From an uncultured virus (IMG/VR IMGVR_UViG_3300027741_000051) (lineage: Duplodnaviria > Heunggongvirae > Uroviricota > Caudoviricetes): 64,000 bases of DNA. Numbering within the stretch: the first letter of the stretch is position 1; each line of letters opens with the position of its first letter. Made by a program: the position numbers and the translations under genes. The notes under the pieces were generated by a model. It saw only the letters and a program-made list of their open reading frames with translations, did not search any database and was not told where the DNA came from. Shown here one piece after another: positions 37,784 through 49,002 of this stretch. The stretch spans positions 1 to 64,000 of IMG/VR virus record IMGVR_UViG_3300027741_000051. The stretch is one strand, 5' to 3'.

Positions 37784-40700
37784 ATGTCTTTAAATTTCAA
37801 TGTTGGTCCATATTTTGACGATTTTGACCCATCAAAAAACTTTCACCGCATACTGTTTAAGCCAGGTTCTGCGGTTCAAGCTCGTGAATTAACACAGTCT
37901 CAAACAATTTTACAGAATCAAATTTCTGAATTTGCTTCTGCGATATATTCTACAAATACACCAGTTTCGGGTGGACAAGTCACACTTAATCAACAATGTT
38001 ATTATATTAAACTGAACAATACTTACAATGGTATTACAGTAACTGCTGGGAATTTCGCAGGCCAAATTATTCAAGATTCAACAGGAACAATTCTTGCTAG
38101 AGTTATTGCTACGGCTGAAACTACAACTAGTGGTTCCACCGTTGGTGACCCACCAACATTGATTGTAACATATCTCTCAGGTGCTCAATTTACCGATGGT
38201 AGTGTTATTTCAACAAGCACAGGTTCAACATACTATGCTTCTGTCGCTACATCGACCACTACAGTAGTTAATTCAGTATCAACAACCATATCTTCAACTG
38301 GTCTTTCATCGGTTGCTTCTATTGCGAATGGTGTATTTTATGTTGTTAATGGATATTCCATTTCAAATAGTACTGGCATCCAATATTCAATAGGTAACTT
38401 TGTTACTGTTAATCCACAGACAATCATTTTAGACAAGTATGATAATTTACCATCATACCGCATTGGTTTACAAATTACAGAAACAATTTACGATTACATC
38501 AATGATTCTTCTTTGTTGGATCCTGCTATTGGTGCATCCAACTATCAAGCACCGGGTGCAGACAGATATGTTATCACACTAACATTGATTACGTTGCCTT
38601 TGACTTTAGGTAATGATGATAATTTTATTGAATTGGTTCGGATTGAAAATGGTAATATTTTAAAACAAGTTGATGGCACTGTTTACTCAACCATCGATGA
38701 TTACTTTGCAAAACGTGATTATGAAACAAATGGTGATTATATTGTTAATGATTTCAAACTAACACCATCTGCAAATTCTACATCAAATACAACCTATGAT
38801 TTAAGTATTAGTAAAGGTGTTGCATATGTTCATGGTTATCGAGTAGAGAACCAATCTGATATTAAATTAACAAACACAAGAGCTCAGTCTGTTGCAAATA
38901 TCAGTAATAATCCAGTTTATGTGGATTACGGAAATTATTTTGTTGTAGACACCTCTAATGGTGTATTTGATATTTCTACATTGCCTCAAGTTGATTTGCA
39001 TTGTGTTCCTGCAGCTAACATTGTTTCAACAAATACTACAACTTATTCATCAACATTGATTGGTTCTGCTTTCATGCGTAACTTGAAATATAATTCAGGT
39101 ACTGGAACAAATACTAAAACATATATTTTCAATGCATATATTTCAGATTTTGCTGCAAACACATTATCCGGAAATGTTACATCAGGCACTGCAACAACCT
39201 TCACAATTAATGATACAAACGGTTCATTCTCAGCCACTTCAAATTCTTACTTCAATGTAACAGTAAGTATGAATACTGGCGGTATTATTGATTTGAGAAA
39301 TATTACAAGTTACAATGGTGCTTCCAAAGTAGTAAATGTGGATTCTCCATTCACAGTAACACCAACAGCAACATCAACTTTCTCATTGATATATGAAAAT
39401 TATGATGTTGAATCTATTGTTAAAACTGCCGGTTCTGGTTCTTATGCGCTAACCGCAAATGTGAATATAAATGCAGCAAGTGGTAAAGTTAATGGTCTTG
39501 CAAATTCAGATACAATATTATATTCACAAGTTTCACCCGAATTAATATTTCAAATTGGTTATCCATATGTTGCACAATTAACCACCACTTCTTATTTTAC
39601 ACAAAGAGTATATCGTTCAAAAACATTTACTGGTAATACATTAACACTACAAGCAACATCAGGCAATGCAAGTAATCCATTAAGATTTGAAGGTACAGGT
39701 ACTTTAGATAGTTCATCTGCGCCGCAATTATTCATGGTTGTTGATAATTCAACAGGTAATGTTTTAGATTTTACTACATCAGGTAATACAATTTCAATTT
39801 CTTCTGATAAAACTCAAGCAACATTTACAGTTGGTTCTGGTGTTGGTACAAATAAAAATGTTACAATTATTGCACAAGTCCAAGCAAGCAGTGGTGATTC
39901 TTCAAGTTATGTTTTAAAATCAAAATCTTTAGTTACGGGTAACACCGTAACTGTTGGTACACTTGCATCAGTTTCTGGAACAAATTCTTATCAGGATTTA
40001 ACAAAAGGTCAAATTACAATTAGTAAAACAGACATTACAGCAACTGGAAAAATGTCATTGTATGTAAATGATGTTAAAAGAATTGTAGGTGTATTTGATT
40101 CAGGTGTTGCTGGTACAAATCCATCAGGTTCATTGTCAAATTATACAGATATTACTTCTTATTTCACATTAGACAATGGCCAAAGAGATAGTTTCTATGA
40201 CCATGCATCGGTTTCATTGATTCCAGGTGCGCCGATTCCTTCAGGAAATATTCTTGTTGCTGTAGATTACTATTCTCACACACAAGCATCTTCTGGTGAT
40301 GGTTATTTCAGTATCCAATCATATAATACATCAGGCTCAACTTATGGTGGTGTATCGAGTTCAGCAGAAGCTTATGCACAAATTGGTTCATACACAGCTA
40401 AAGATGGTGTACAATATGCATTAAGAGATTGTATTGATTTTAGGCCTTGCCGAGTTAATGGTCAGACTGCATATGTTTGGGAATATTCAGGTACACAAAC
40501 TTCTACGAATGATATTGGTATGTTGATACCCAATAATTTATCAAACTTTACAGGTTTCTATCAATACTATTTGGGTAGAAACGACAAATTAGTATTAACA
40601 AAAGATAAGAGTTTTAATATAATTCAAGGTACACCTTCTGTTAATCCATTATTGCCAAATGAACCATCTGGTTCTATGATAATTGCAAATTTATTTCACG

Positions 40701-43096
40701 ACCCATATACAGCTTTTGTTCCTGGTGAGGGTACACCTGGTGTTCCATCAAACTTGTCTATCAATAAAATTATTCACAAGCGTTGGGCTAAAGAAGATAT
40801 TACAGATTTAGAAACCCGTGTTAATAATTTAGAATATTATACATCATTAAGTATTTTGGAACAAAAAGCTAGTTCTTTACAAATTCCTGATGCTAATGGT
40901 TTAAATCGTTTTAAGAATGGTATATTGGTTGATGATTTTTCATCATTTGGAACAGCAGACACACAAAATCCAGACTATGCTGCAAACATCAATGTTCGTA
41001 AAAATCAACTAACTGCATTGCAATTGGTTGATAATTTTCAACTCCAAAATCCTGTTGTGCTTGCGAGTTTAGGAACGATAGCAAATACAAATAGTTATAG
41101 AATTAATAGCATCAATGGTGCTCAAACAAATCTGTTTACTTTACCATACACAACAGAAAATGTTGCTGTTCAACCACTTGCAAGTAGTACAGTTTCTGTA
41201 AATCCATTCAATGTTTCAGTCCAACAGGGGTTATTACAAATGAACCCACCAATGGACAATTGGGTAGATAACAATCAAGCACCAGCGATTTTAGTTACTA
41301 ATCCTAATTTTCAAATATATCAAGCCACAACTGGTGTTAACTTGTTAAATTCAGGTGATTATCAAACTATTCCAGGAACATTATCATCAAGTAGTAGTTC
41401 TAGCTCAAGCGTATCCACTACTAGTACATCTAGGACAACTACTGTAAGCACAACAACGCAAACATATGCAAGTCAAATTCAAAATGTTACTTCAGGTGCA
41501 TATAATCCTACTTCTTCCACATTTGGAATTAATAATGGATACTTGACTAATATTACAGTATTGCCTTACATTAGACCGCAACAAGTTATTATTCGTGCAT
41601 CTGGTTTGTTGGTCAATTCAAATGTATCGACATTCTTTGATGGTGTAGATGTATCACGATACATGACTGCTCCAAATACAATTGAATTGACAGGTGTTTC
41701 TGGCACATTTAATAATGATGATATTATTGGTTTTTATATTGCCAGTGTGTTCTATCCAATTGCTCGTGTAACAACTGTTTATTATTATACAGATACGACA
41801 AAAGTTCGTTTATATGTTTCAGATATTCTTGGTGTTCCTAATTTATTAGGATCTACAACTTTAAGGAATGCAACATTTGACTCTAGTGGAAATTACTTGT
41901 CTTCTTCTGCATCAGGAACAGTAGCCTCTAATTCAGTAATAAACATAAGCCAAAGTGGTTCAATTAGTGGTGTTGGTGGTGGTTGGTCAAATACATTAAA
42001 TGGTAATACAACAACACAAATATTTGGAACACCAATAGTACAAGGTTATTCATCACTATTGAATAACTATGGAGTTTGGGGTGATGGAACTAATAGTACC
42101 AATTTCAATTTTACCTCACCCGTCACACTCACAGCTAACGGAATTTACACGATAGAGGTTGGTGCATCAGGTTCAGCAACAGTTTATGCGAATGGTACAA
42201 GCATTGGAACTTCTTTAACGAACACACCAGCATCAACAACAACTTTTACTTATACAGTATCAAATGCACCAACAACGGTAAAACTTGGATGGACCGCAAC
42301 AAGTTCAGGTACAACAACATCAGCTTTTGGTGCAACAATTAAGAATGCATCAAACACGATAGTGTATACTACAATTAATCCACCGATTACATATACTAAT
42401 GCAGGAACTTCGGTTAGAATGCCAGCTGGCGCAGAGTGGTTTGTTGGTGCAACTCAATTAAGATTGGATCCAGCTACTGCTTCAAATACTTCTAGTTACT
42501 ATGTTGGTTCAACAATTAACATTACATCAAAATATGTTTACAGTCTCGATGTATCTGCAACATATGTTCCACCTCCACCAAAACCTTCTGGAGGTGGCGG
42601 TGGTGGAGGTAAAATTATCTGTACCAAACTATACCAATTGGGACTAATGGATGAATCAATTTACAAGGCGGACCAAGAATTTGGTGAATTGTTAAAATTG
42701 AATGACCCTGCGGCCTATCATGGTTATATTCGTTGGGCTACAGTTGTTGTTGATTGGATGTCCGGTGAAGGTCCACAATGTATGTTCTGGATTAAAGATG
42801 ATAAGAAGCGTTCTGAAGTCCAAGCAAAACTTGCAACAAAATGGGCTCATAGAATTGCAACACCTTGGGCTGAACATATGGCATATATAATGGGTAAGAG
42901 AGATAAAGATAATCTCGCTGGTAAAATTATTATGAATATTGGTAAACCAATTAGTAAAATAGTCAACTTATTACCAAGAAAAGACAAGCAAGCTGGTATA
43001 GTAACAGGTTACGGAATGTGGGCACTATTTGCTTTCTTATATACAATTAGTAGAGTTTTTGGTGATAAATCATTTCCCAAGACAATAAATAATTAA
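37784..43096 (+). CDS. VrlC/DUF4815-like giant structural protein, N-terminal part, with an added C-terminal GGGG-KIIC(T) domain
   Basis: PYFDDFD...RILFKPG.AVQARELTQ.Q, APGADR, DCIDFRP, LEYYTSLS.LE, RFKNG.LVDDF. Confidence 0.9.
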   Translation: MSLNFNVGPYFDDFDPSKNFHRILFKPGSAVQARELTQSQTILQNQISEFASAIYSTNTPVSGGQVTLNQQCYYIKLNNTYNGITVTAGNFAGQIIQDSTGTILARVIATAETTTSGSTVGDPPTLIVTYLSGAQFTDGSVISTSTGSTYYASVATSTTTVVNSVSTTISSTGLSSVASIANGVFYVVNGYSISNSTGIQYSIGNFVTVNPQTIILDKYDNLPSYRIGLQITETIYDYINDSSLLDPAIGASNYQAPGADRYVITLTLITLPLTLGNDDNFIELVRIENGNILKQVDGTVYSTIDDYFAKRDYETNGDYIVNDFKLTPSANSTSNTTYDLSISKGVAYVHGYRVENQSDIKLTNTRAQSVANISNNPVYVDYGNYFVVDTSNGVFDISTLPQVDLHCVPAANIVSTNTTTYSSTLIGSAFMRNLKYNSGTGTNTKTYIFNAYISDFAANTLSGNVTSGTATTFTINDTNGSFSATSNSYFNVTVSMNTGGIIDLRNITSYNGASKVVNVDSPFTVTPTATSTFSLIYENYDVESIVKTAGSGSYALTANVNINAASGKVNGLANSDTILYSQVSPELIFQIGYPYVAQLTTTSYFTQRVYRSKTFTGNTLTLQATSGNASNPLRFEGTGTLDSSSAPQLFMVVDNSTGNVLDFTTSGNTISISSDKTQATFTVGSGVGTNKNVTIIAQVQASSGDSSSYVLKSKSLVTGNTVTVGTLASVSGTNSYQDLTKGQITISKTDITATGKMSLYVNDVKRIVGVFDSGVAGTNPSGSLSNYTDITSYFTLDNGQRDSFYDHASVSLIPGAPIPSGNILVAVDYYSHTQASSGDGYFSIQSYNTSGSTYGGVSSSAEAYAQIGSYTAKDGVQYALRDCIDFRPCRVNGQTAYVWEYSGTQTSTNDIGMLIPNNLSNFTGFYQYYLGRNDKLVLTKDKSFNIIQGTPSVNPLLPNEPSGSMIIANLFHDPYTAFVPGEGTPGVPSNLSINKIIHKRWAKEDITDLETRVNNLEYYTSLSILEQKASSLQIPDANGLNRFKNGILVDDFSSFGTADTQNPDYAANINVRKNQLTALQLVDNFQLQNPVVLASLGTIANTNSYRINSINGAQTNLFTLPYTTENVAVQPLASSTVSVNPFNVSVQQGLLQMNPPMDNWVDNNQAPAILVTNPNFQIYQATTGVNLLNSGDYQTIPGTLSSSSSSSSSVSTTSTSRTTTVSTTTQTYASQIQNVTSGAYNPTSSTFGINNGYLTNITVLPYIRPQQVIIRASGLLVNSNVSTFFDGVDVSRYMTAPNTIELTGVSGTFNNDDIIGFYIASVFYPIARVTTVYYYTDTTKVRLYVSDILGVPNLLGSTTLRNATFDSSGNYLSSSASGTVASNSVINISQSGSISGVGGGWSNTLNGNTTTQIFGTPIVQGYSSLLNNYGVWGDGTNSTNFNFTSPVTLTANGIYTIEVGASGSATVYANGTSIGTSLTNTPASTTTFTYTVSNAPTTVKLGWTATSSGTTTSAFGATIKNASNTIVYTTINPPITYTNAGTSVRMPAGAEWFVGATQLRLDPATASNTSSYYVGSTINITSKYVYSLDVSATYVPPPPKPSGGGGGGGKIICTKLYQLGLMDESIYKADQEFGELLKLNDPAAYHGYIRWATVVVDWMSGEGPQCMFWIKDDKKRSEVQAKLATKWAHRIATPWAEHMAYIMGKRDKDNLAGKIIMNIGKPISKIVNLLPRKDKQAGIVTGYGMWALFAFLYTISRVFGDKSFPKTINN

Positions 43097-43115
43097 TAAA
43101 ATTTTGGAAAAATAA

Positions 43116-45308
43116 ATGACAACACTTTATCGCTCAAGTCTTTACACTTATTCTGCAACCATTACAGCATATGATCCGGTAACAAAACTTGTTACACTTA
43201 GTACTCCTGTAAATTTATCGTTGGGTACAAATACAGAAATGGGTGGAGATATTAGTTCTCGTTATTCCATTTCAGGCAATTTAACTAAAATTAGCTCGGC
43301 GGTGCAAACTGGAAACTCATTAGCTAAACCTTCGACAGATGAAGCTGGTAATTTTGTTGGTATTTTCAATGTTCCTTCCACTACATTTCAAACCGGAAGT
43401 AGAGTATTTCGCGTAGATAATAGAACTGTGGCCACAGATTTAACAACCGCAACAACATTTGCCGAAGGAACATTTGTCGCCTCAGGTCTTTCAACATCCT
43501 CACAAAAATTAGATTTTGCACCTTCAATAGATTCTTCTAAATCTGTATTTACTCAAGTAAATCAAAGAGCCAATCAATTAATTAGTTCAGTTACAACGAC
43601 TCGTTCTACTACCGTACAAACAGGTAATAGTGATCCGGTTGCACAAACATTTATTGTTTCAAAAGATAATTACCCCAATGGCATTTTCTTATACTCAATC
43701 AAATTATTTTTCTATTCAAAACCTTCAACAAATATTCCAGTAAAAATTAGTGTTGTACCTACAATTAATGGTTATCCTGATGGTTCTACATTAGATTACT
43801 CTACGGTTATGTTACTTCCAAACCAAGTAAACACATCCAGCACACCACATTATTTGGATCCAAGTGCTTATACAGAATTTGTTTTTGATGCACCGGTTTA
43901 TATTCAATCTGGTGTATTGTACGCTTTTATTGTTAATTCAGCTTCTAAAGATTATGTACTTTATTATGGTCAACAAAATCAAATAGCTGTACCCTCTACT
44001 GCAAAAGCTAATGTATCAGATGCAAATCCAAGTAATCCAACAAAAATTGGTGCAGCTCCTTATGTTGGTGCTTTGTTTGAATCTCAAAATGGTATAACAT
44101 GGTCAGCAGACCAAACAAAAGATTTGATGTTTGTTATTGATAAATGTGTGTTCTCTACAACCACAGCTTCGGTTCAGTTTACTGTACCCAAAGGTTTGCC
44201 ATTTAGAAAAATGGGCAACCAAGATATTTTGAATAAGATAGATGCGAATAGTGCCTCACAGATATTTGGTAATTATTCTCCAAGTAGAGTTTATGATGCA
44301 ATGAATATCACCACAACTGACCTTGCACCAACAGGAACAAGTATCAATTATTCATATACAGCAACATTAAAGACTGGAAATGTACCAACAGGTACAAATT
44401 CAATTACTCCTGGAAGATTAGGAAGTCCTTTACCTGATGACATTTACTTAAATGATGGAAATGGAGAAAGAACCCTATTAAAGTATTCAAATAATTCCTT
44501 CTCATTGTATGCAACAATGGCCACAAGTGATCCTAACGTGACCCCAATCATTTCGGACGATGGTGTTACGATGTATGCGATTTCTTATCTCATCAATAAC
44601 ATGGGAATTGGTAATAATGTTATATCTATTACCAATCCAGGTTATGGTTATAACGTCAATGCAACAACAATATCAATTTCAAGTCCAGATGTTGGTTCAA
44701 ATGTTGCAACATTAGGATTTACTGCAAATGCCAACGGTGCAATTACTTCTGTATATGCAATTACACCAGGTTCTGGTTATCTAACATCACCAACAATTAC
44801 AATTTCCAATCCAGCTACTCGCGGAGGAAATGCAAATGCTGTTGTTACAGTAACAGGTGAAACATCATCAAAAGGTGGTAATTCATATGCAAAATATTTC
44901 ACTAAGAAAGTTGTACTTGCACCAGGAAATGATTCAGGTGATTTAAGAGTATTTTATACTGCATATAAACCATTAGGTACAGCTATCTATGTTTATTACA
45001 AAATTTTGAATTCATTAGATACAGCTCCGTTTGAATCAGGTAACTGGCAGTTGATGACAACTATGCAGAATCCAAATACATTTTCCACATCTAGAACCGA
45101 TTTGTATGAATATGAAGCTGCGCCTGGCATTTATGCAAGTAACCAAGCAAACAACAGCATCAGTTATGTAAGTGCAACAACAGGTCAAAAGTATACATCA
45201 TTTATTCAATTTGCAATCAAAATTGTTTTAGCGACAAGTGATAATACAAATGTTCCTTTCTTAACTGATATTCGTGCATTAGCATTGCCAGCAGGAACAG
45301 GAATCTAA
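43116..45308 (+). CDS. VrlC/DUF4815-like protein, C-terminal part
   Basis: DPVAQTF, GALFESQNG.TW.ADQ..DLMF, FAIKIVL...P...DIRALAL. Confidence 0.85.
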   Translation: MTTLYRSSLYTYSATITAYDPVTKLVTLSTPVNLSLGTNTEMGGDISSRYSISGNLTKISSAVQTGNSLAKPSTDEAGNFVGIFNVPSTTFQTGSRVFRVDNRTVATDLTTATTFAEGTFVASGLSTSSQKLDFAPSIDSSKSVFTQVNQRANQLISSVTTTRSTTVQTGNSDPVAQTFIVSKDNYPNGIFLYSIKLFFYSKPSTNIPVKISVVPTINGYPDGSTLDYSTVMLLPNQVNTSSTPHYLDPSAYTEFVFDAPVYIQSGVLYAFIVNSASKDYVLYYGQQNQIAVPSTAKANVSDANPSNPTKIGAAPYVGALFESQNGITWSADQTKDLMFVIDKCVFSTTTASVQFTVPKGLPFRKMGNQDILNKIDANSASQIFGNYSPSRVYDAMNITTTDLAPTGTSINYSYTATLKTGNVPTGTNSITPGRLGSPLPDDIYLNDGNGERTLLKYSNNSFSLYATMATSDPNVTPIISDDGVTMYAISYLINNMGIGNNVISITNPGYGYNVNATTISISSPDVGSNVATLGFTANANGAITSVYAITPGSGYLTSPTITISNPATRGGNANAVVTVTGETSSKGGNSYAKYFTKKVVLAPGNDSGDLRVFYTAYKPLGTAIYVYYKILNSLDTAPFESGNWQLMTTMQNPNTFSTSRTDLYEYEAAPGIYASNQANNSISYVSATTGQKYTSFIQFAIKIVLATSDNTNVPFLTDIRALALPAGTGI

Positions 45309-45309
45309 A

Positions 45310-45531
45310 ATGGAACTAGTAAGAGTTACTGGAACAAATTTTGTTCGTGATATAAACAGTAGAGCTCTTTTGCCTACAGATAGTACAGAAAAAAATGAGT
45401 ATTATAATAAACTTAGGTTGGTAAAGATTCAAAAAGAAGAAATAAATAAAGTAAAATCAGAAATAGATTGCATCAAATCGGACATGTCCGAGATTAAATC
45501 GTTGTTGCAACAATTACTAATAAAAGGTTAA
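45310..45531 (+). CDS. small coiled-coil protein typical downstream of VrlC-like genes
   Basis: FVRD..SRALL; C-terminal heptads. Confidence 0.75.
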   Translation: MELVRVTGTNFVRDINSRALLPTDSTEKNEYYNKLRLVKIQKEEINKVKSEIDCIKSDMSEIKSLLQQLLIKG

Positions 45532-45532
45532 G

Positions 45533-48187
45533 ATGGCAAATACAGTCAATATTTTAGGTTTCGCCAACACATTTGGTGATTGGATTGTTGCAACAAACGC
45601 CGATTCAAATGAAATCAATTCAATCGGTAAGTATGATTGGACAAAAGATTCTGGTTCTTTGATTTTAAATGGAACAGGCACATCTCTATCTGTTGGAAAT
45701 AATGCTACAATTTCCGGATTATTACAAGTTACAGGTACATCTTCTTCTGCAACCATCGACAACAACTTAACTGTAGGTAAACAAGTATATTTCACAAATA
45801 CATCACAGAGTTTAGTTGCAAGTGGTTCGATTACTTCTAATGGAACTATCTACGCCACAAATACAGGTACTAGTTTATCAGTATCAAATAATTCAACCTT
45901 AGGTGGAACATTAAGTGTTTCTGGTACAACAACCATTTCTAACACAATCAATGTATTAGGTGCAGCAACATTACAAAATTCATTGACTGTAGGTGCAGGT
46001 GCAGGAATTACAGGAAACGTAAGTATAACAGGAAACACTTATACATCATTTTTAACTTCAAATAATAGAATTAATGCTGGCCAATTAACAGTAACTTCAA
46101 ATGGTAATTTTGGAGGTTCCATTATTGCAGCAACAAGCGCAGTTGTTAATGGTTATGATATTATTGCATACATCTTAGGAGCATTTACACAAGCTAATTC
46201 AGCTTATGGTTCCCAAAATACTACCGGAATATATTCCAATTCGGCATTTAGTTTTGCCAATTCTTCGTATTTGTTTGCTAATAATCTACAGTCTGGTGCT
46301 CAAACAATCAATAATATGACATTGACTGGATCATCACTTTCAGCAACAAATGCTGTTGGTGCTTTTCAATCATTGACAACATCAGGTTCAGTAACTGTTG
46401 GCGGTTCTTTTGTACTTAATGGAACAGTTGTTTATACAACAAATAATTTTGTAATAAATGCAAACACAAATACACCTGTTATAAGTTATTTTAGTGTTAA
46501 TAGAGGTACTGCAAATAATCAACCAACTGGTATTCCAAATGCCAATGCGACTATACGTTGGTATGAAACAGGTAAATATTTTGATATTTTAGATGTAAAC
46601 AATGGTACACAGTACTCACAAATCATGACTGCAAATATGATTTCTGATAGTACAACATCAACAAGCACAACAACAGTACCAACAAATAAAGTTTTAACTG
46701 GTGCTTTTATCCAAGCAAATGCCGCTTTTAGTGCTGCTAATACGGCGGCTTTATCTGCACAACCTGCGTTTACACAAGCAAATTCAGCATATCAATCTCA
46801 AAATACGACAGGCACTTATGCTAACTCTGCATATTTGGCGGCAAATAATGCCAACGCTAATGCAATAACATCTGGTGCTTATGCTAACTCAGCATTTAGT
46901 GCTGCTAATACGGCGGCTTTATCTGCACAACCTGCATTTATTCAGGCAAACGCTGCGTATACACAAGCAAATACAGCAACAACAAATGCAGCTACAGCAG
47001 ACACTAAAGCAGTAACATCAGGTTCTTATGCAAATTCAGCTTTCACAACGGCAAATAATGCATTACCAAGAACTGGTGGTACATTGTCTGGTGATTTAGG
47101 TGTCACAGGTAATTTATTTGTCAATGGAACTTCTTCATATATTAATGTTTCAACCTTCCAAACAGTTGATTCATTGATTGAATTAGCTGCGAACAATTTA
47201 TCGGATACAGTTGACATTGGTTTTTATGGCCAATATGTAAGTGCAGGTACAAAATATGCAGGTTTAGTAAGAGTTGCAGGAAGTAATTATTATCTATTCC
47301 AAGGTCTAGCAACAAATCCAACAAGTAACTCAGTTGGTGCTATAGTGTATGCAAATTATGGAACACTAAATGCAAATATTGCTGCAGGACAAATAACTTC
47401 TTCACAACCTGTTCCAGTTTCATCTGGTGGTACAGGAGTTGCATCTTCTACCGGAACAGGTTCAGTTGTACTTTCAAATACTCCAACTTTAGTAACACCT
47501 GTACTTGGCACACCAAATTCAGGTACATTGACAAACTGTACTGGTTTGCCAGTTTCTACTGGTATTTCAGGTCTTGCCACAAATGTTGCTAATTTCTTAG
47601 CAACTTCCAATTCTGCCAATTTACTGGCAGCTGTTACTGATGAAACTGGTTCTGGTGCATTAGTTTTTGCAACAAGTCCCACTTTAGTAACTCCAATACT
47701 TGGTACTCCATCATCAGGTAATTTGAGCAATTGTACATTCCCAACATTGAATCAAAATACCACAGGTTCTGCTGCAACATTTACTAGCACAACACAGAAT
47801 TCTCAATTTAATTCAATTGGTATTGGTACGGCTGCTTCAACAACGGCTGGTGAAATTCGTGCAATTGGAACTATTACTGCATATTATTCTGATGATAAAC
47901 TAAAAACGAATTTAGGAAACATCATAGGTGCTTTAGATAAAGTTAAGTCACTCAATGGTTTCTATTATGAAGCTAATCAAACGGCACAAGATTTGGGTTA
48001 TAAAGTAAGGCGCGAAGTTGGTGTATCTGCACAACAAGTACAATCAGTTTTACCTGAAATTGTTCATCCTGCACCTATAGATAGTCAATATTTGACAATT
48101 AATTATGAACGTCTGGTGCCATTATTGATTGAGGCCATCAAAGAACTGAGTGACCAAGTAGAGGAACTGAAGGCAAAACTACCGTAA
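45533..48187 (+). CDS. tail fibre with C-terminal intramolecular chaperone (peptidase S74)
   Basis: YYSDDKLKTN...GVSAQQVQSVLPEIV...YERLVPLLIEAIKEL. Confidence 0.88.
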   Translation: MANTVNILGFANTFGDWIVATNADSNEINSIGKYDWTKDSGSLILNGTGTSLSVGNNATISGLLQVTGTSSSATIDNNLTVGKQVYFTNTSQSLVASGSITSNGTIYATNTGTSLSVSNNSTLGGTLSVSGTTTISNTINVLGAATLQNSLTVGAGAGITGNVSITGNTYTSFLTSNNRINAGQLTVTSNGNFGGSIIAATSAVVNGYDIIAYILGAFTQANSAYGSQNTTGIYSNSAFSFANSSYLFANNLQSGAQTINNMTLTGSSLSATNAVGAFQSLTTSGSVTVGGSFVLNGTVVYTTNNFVINANTNTPVISYFSVNRGTANNQPTGIPNANATIRWYETGKYFDILDVNNGTQYSQIMTANMISDSTTSTSTTTVPTNKVLTGAFIQANAAFSAANTAALSAQPAFTQANSAYQSQNTTGTYANSAYLAANNANANAITSGAYANSAFSAANTAALSAQPAFIQANAAYTQANTATTNAATADTKAVTSGSYANSAFTTANNALPRTGGTLSGDLGVTGNLFVNGTSSYINVSTFQTVDSLIELAANNLSDTVDIGFYGQYVSAGTKYAGLVRVAGSNYYLFQGLATNPTSNSVGAIVYANYGTLNANIAAGQITSSQPVPVSSGGTGVASSTGTGSVVLSNTPTLVTPVLGTPNSGTLTNCTGLPVSTGISGLATNVANFLATSNSANLLAAVTDETGSGALVFATSPTLVTPILGTPSSGNLSNCTFPTLNQNTTGSAATFTSTTQNSQFNSIGIGTAASTTAGEIRAIGTITAYYSDDKLKTNLGNIIGALDKVKSLNGFYYEANQTAQDLGYKVRREVGVSAQQVQSVLPEIVHPAPIDSQYLTINYERLVPLLIEAIKELSDQVEELKAKLP

Positions 48188-48194
48188 AAAATAT

Positions 48195-48202
48195 CATAAA
48201 TA
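48195..48202 (+). promoter_or_regulatory. late promoter (NATAAATA)
   Basis: CATAAATA intergenic. Confidence 0.55.
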
Positions 48203-48233
48203 TGTTGAGTGCAGAAAATAAAAGGTACAACAA

Positions 48234-48599
48234 ATGGCCGCAGGATATTCAGACCAATATTTGGAACAAGGTTCCACTTTTACATCACAACTAACATTAG
48301 CTGACGATTACGGAAGCCCTTATAATCTTACAGGATTTACTGTATCATCAAGAGCTAAAAAGTCTTATACCACCGCCAATGTTGCGTTCAATATTACAAC
48401 AACAATTACCAGTGCAAACAACGGAATTATAACACTTTCTTTAACTGCGCCAGTAACCGCAAACATTCCGTATGGCAAGTATGTGTATGATGTTATCACA
48501 ACAAGTGCAACAAATCAAGTTTCTAGGGTGTTAGAAGGACAAATTTATGTATCTCCAGGAGTTACTGGTGTAACCAATTCTTATGGTACAGATGCATAA
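48234..48599 (+). CDS. Ig-like virion structural protein
   Basis: EQGSTF, G.ITLSLT...TA, GKYVYDV, RVLEG.I.VSPGVT. Confidence 0.75.
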   Translation: MAAGYSDQYLEQGSTFTSQLTLADDYGSPYNLTGFTVSSRAKKSYTTANVAFNITTTITSANNGIITLSLTAPVTANIPYGKYVYDVITTSATNQVSRVLEGQIYVSPGVTGVTNSYGTDA

Positions 48600-48976
48600 T
48601 GGCAACAGTAGTAGTAAATCCTATATCACAAATTAGTGTAAGGGTTGGACCAGGAGCACCCGCATCTGTACAATCCACTGCACAATTTTTAGGTGCATCA
48701 AGTCAATCTCAACAGATTCAGCAAATTTACGATGTAGCTAATTCAGCTTTATCTACTGCAAATACTGCTTTATCGCAAGTTTCTACAGCATATAATCAAT
48801 CAAACCTAGCTTTTGCAGCTGCAAATTCTGCGACTGCTGGAATAAATGCTGCTTTTATTGCCGCAAATTCTTCATATGCTAGTCAAAATACAACTGGAAT
48901 TTATGCAAATGCAGCTTTCTCTAAAGCAAATACAGCTGATTCAGATGCATTGGCTTATGCGATTGCATTAGGTTAA
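48599..48976 (+). CDS. short Ala/Asn coiled-coil fibre adaptor
   Basis: AF..AN heptads; ends ALAYAIALG. Confidence 0.7.
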   Translation: MATVVVNPISQISVRVGPGAPASVQSTAQFLGASSQSQQIQQIYDVANSALSTANTALSQVSTAYNQSNLAFAAANSATAGINAAFIAANSSYASQNTTGIYANAAFSKANTADSDALAYAIALG

Positions 48977-48982
48977 TAAATA
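48975..48982 (+). promoter_or_regulatory. late promoter (NATAAATA)
   Basis: AATAAATA intergenic. Confidence 0.6.
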
Positions 48983-49002
48983 TAAGTTATTAGGAAATAA
49001 AA

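Noticed and set aside
42611..43096. Canonical intein or split intein in the VrlC-like gene
   Set aside because: No TxxH block or terminal HN motif, the domain looks helical with a TM tail, and the downstream ORF has no C-intein; kept only as an unknown domain.
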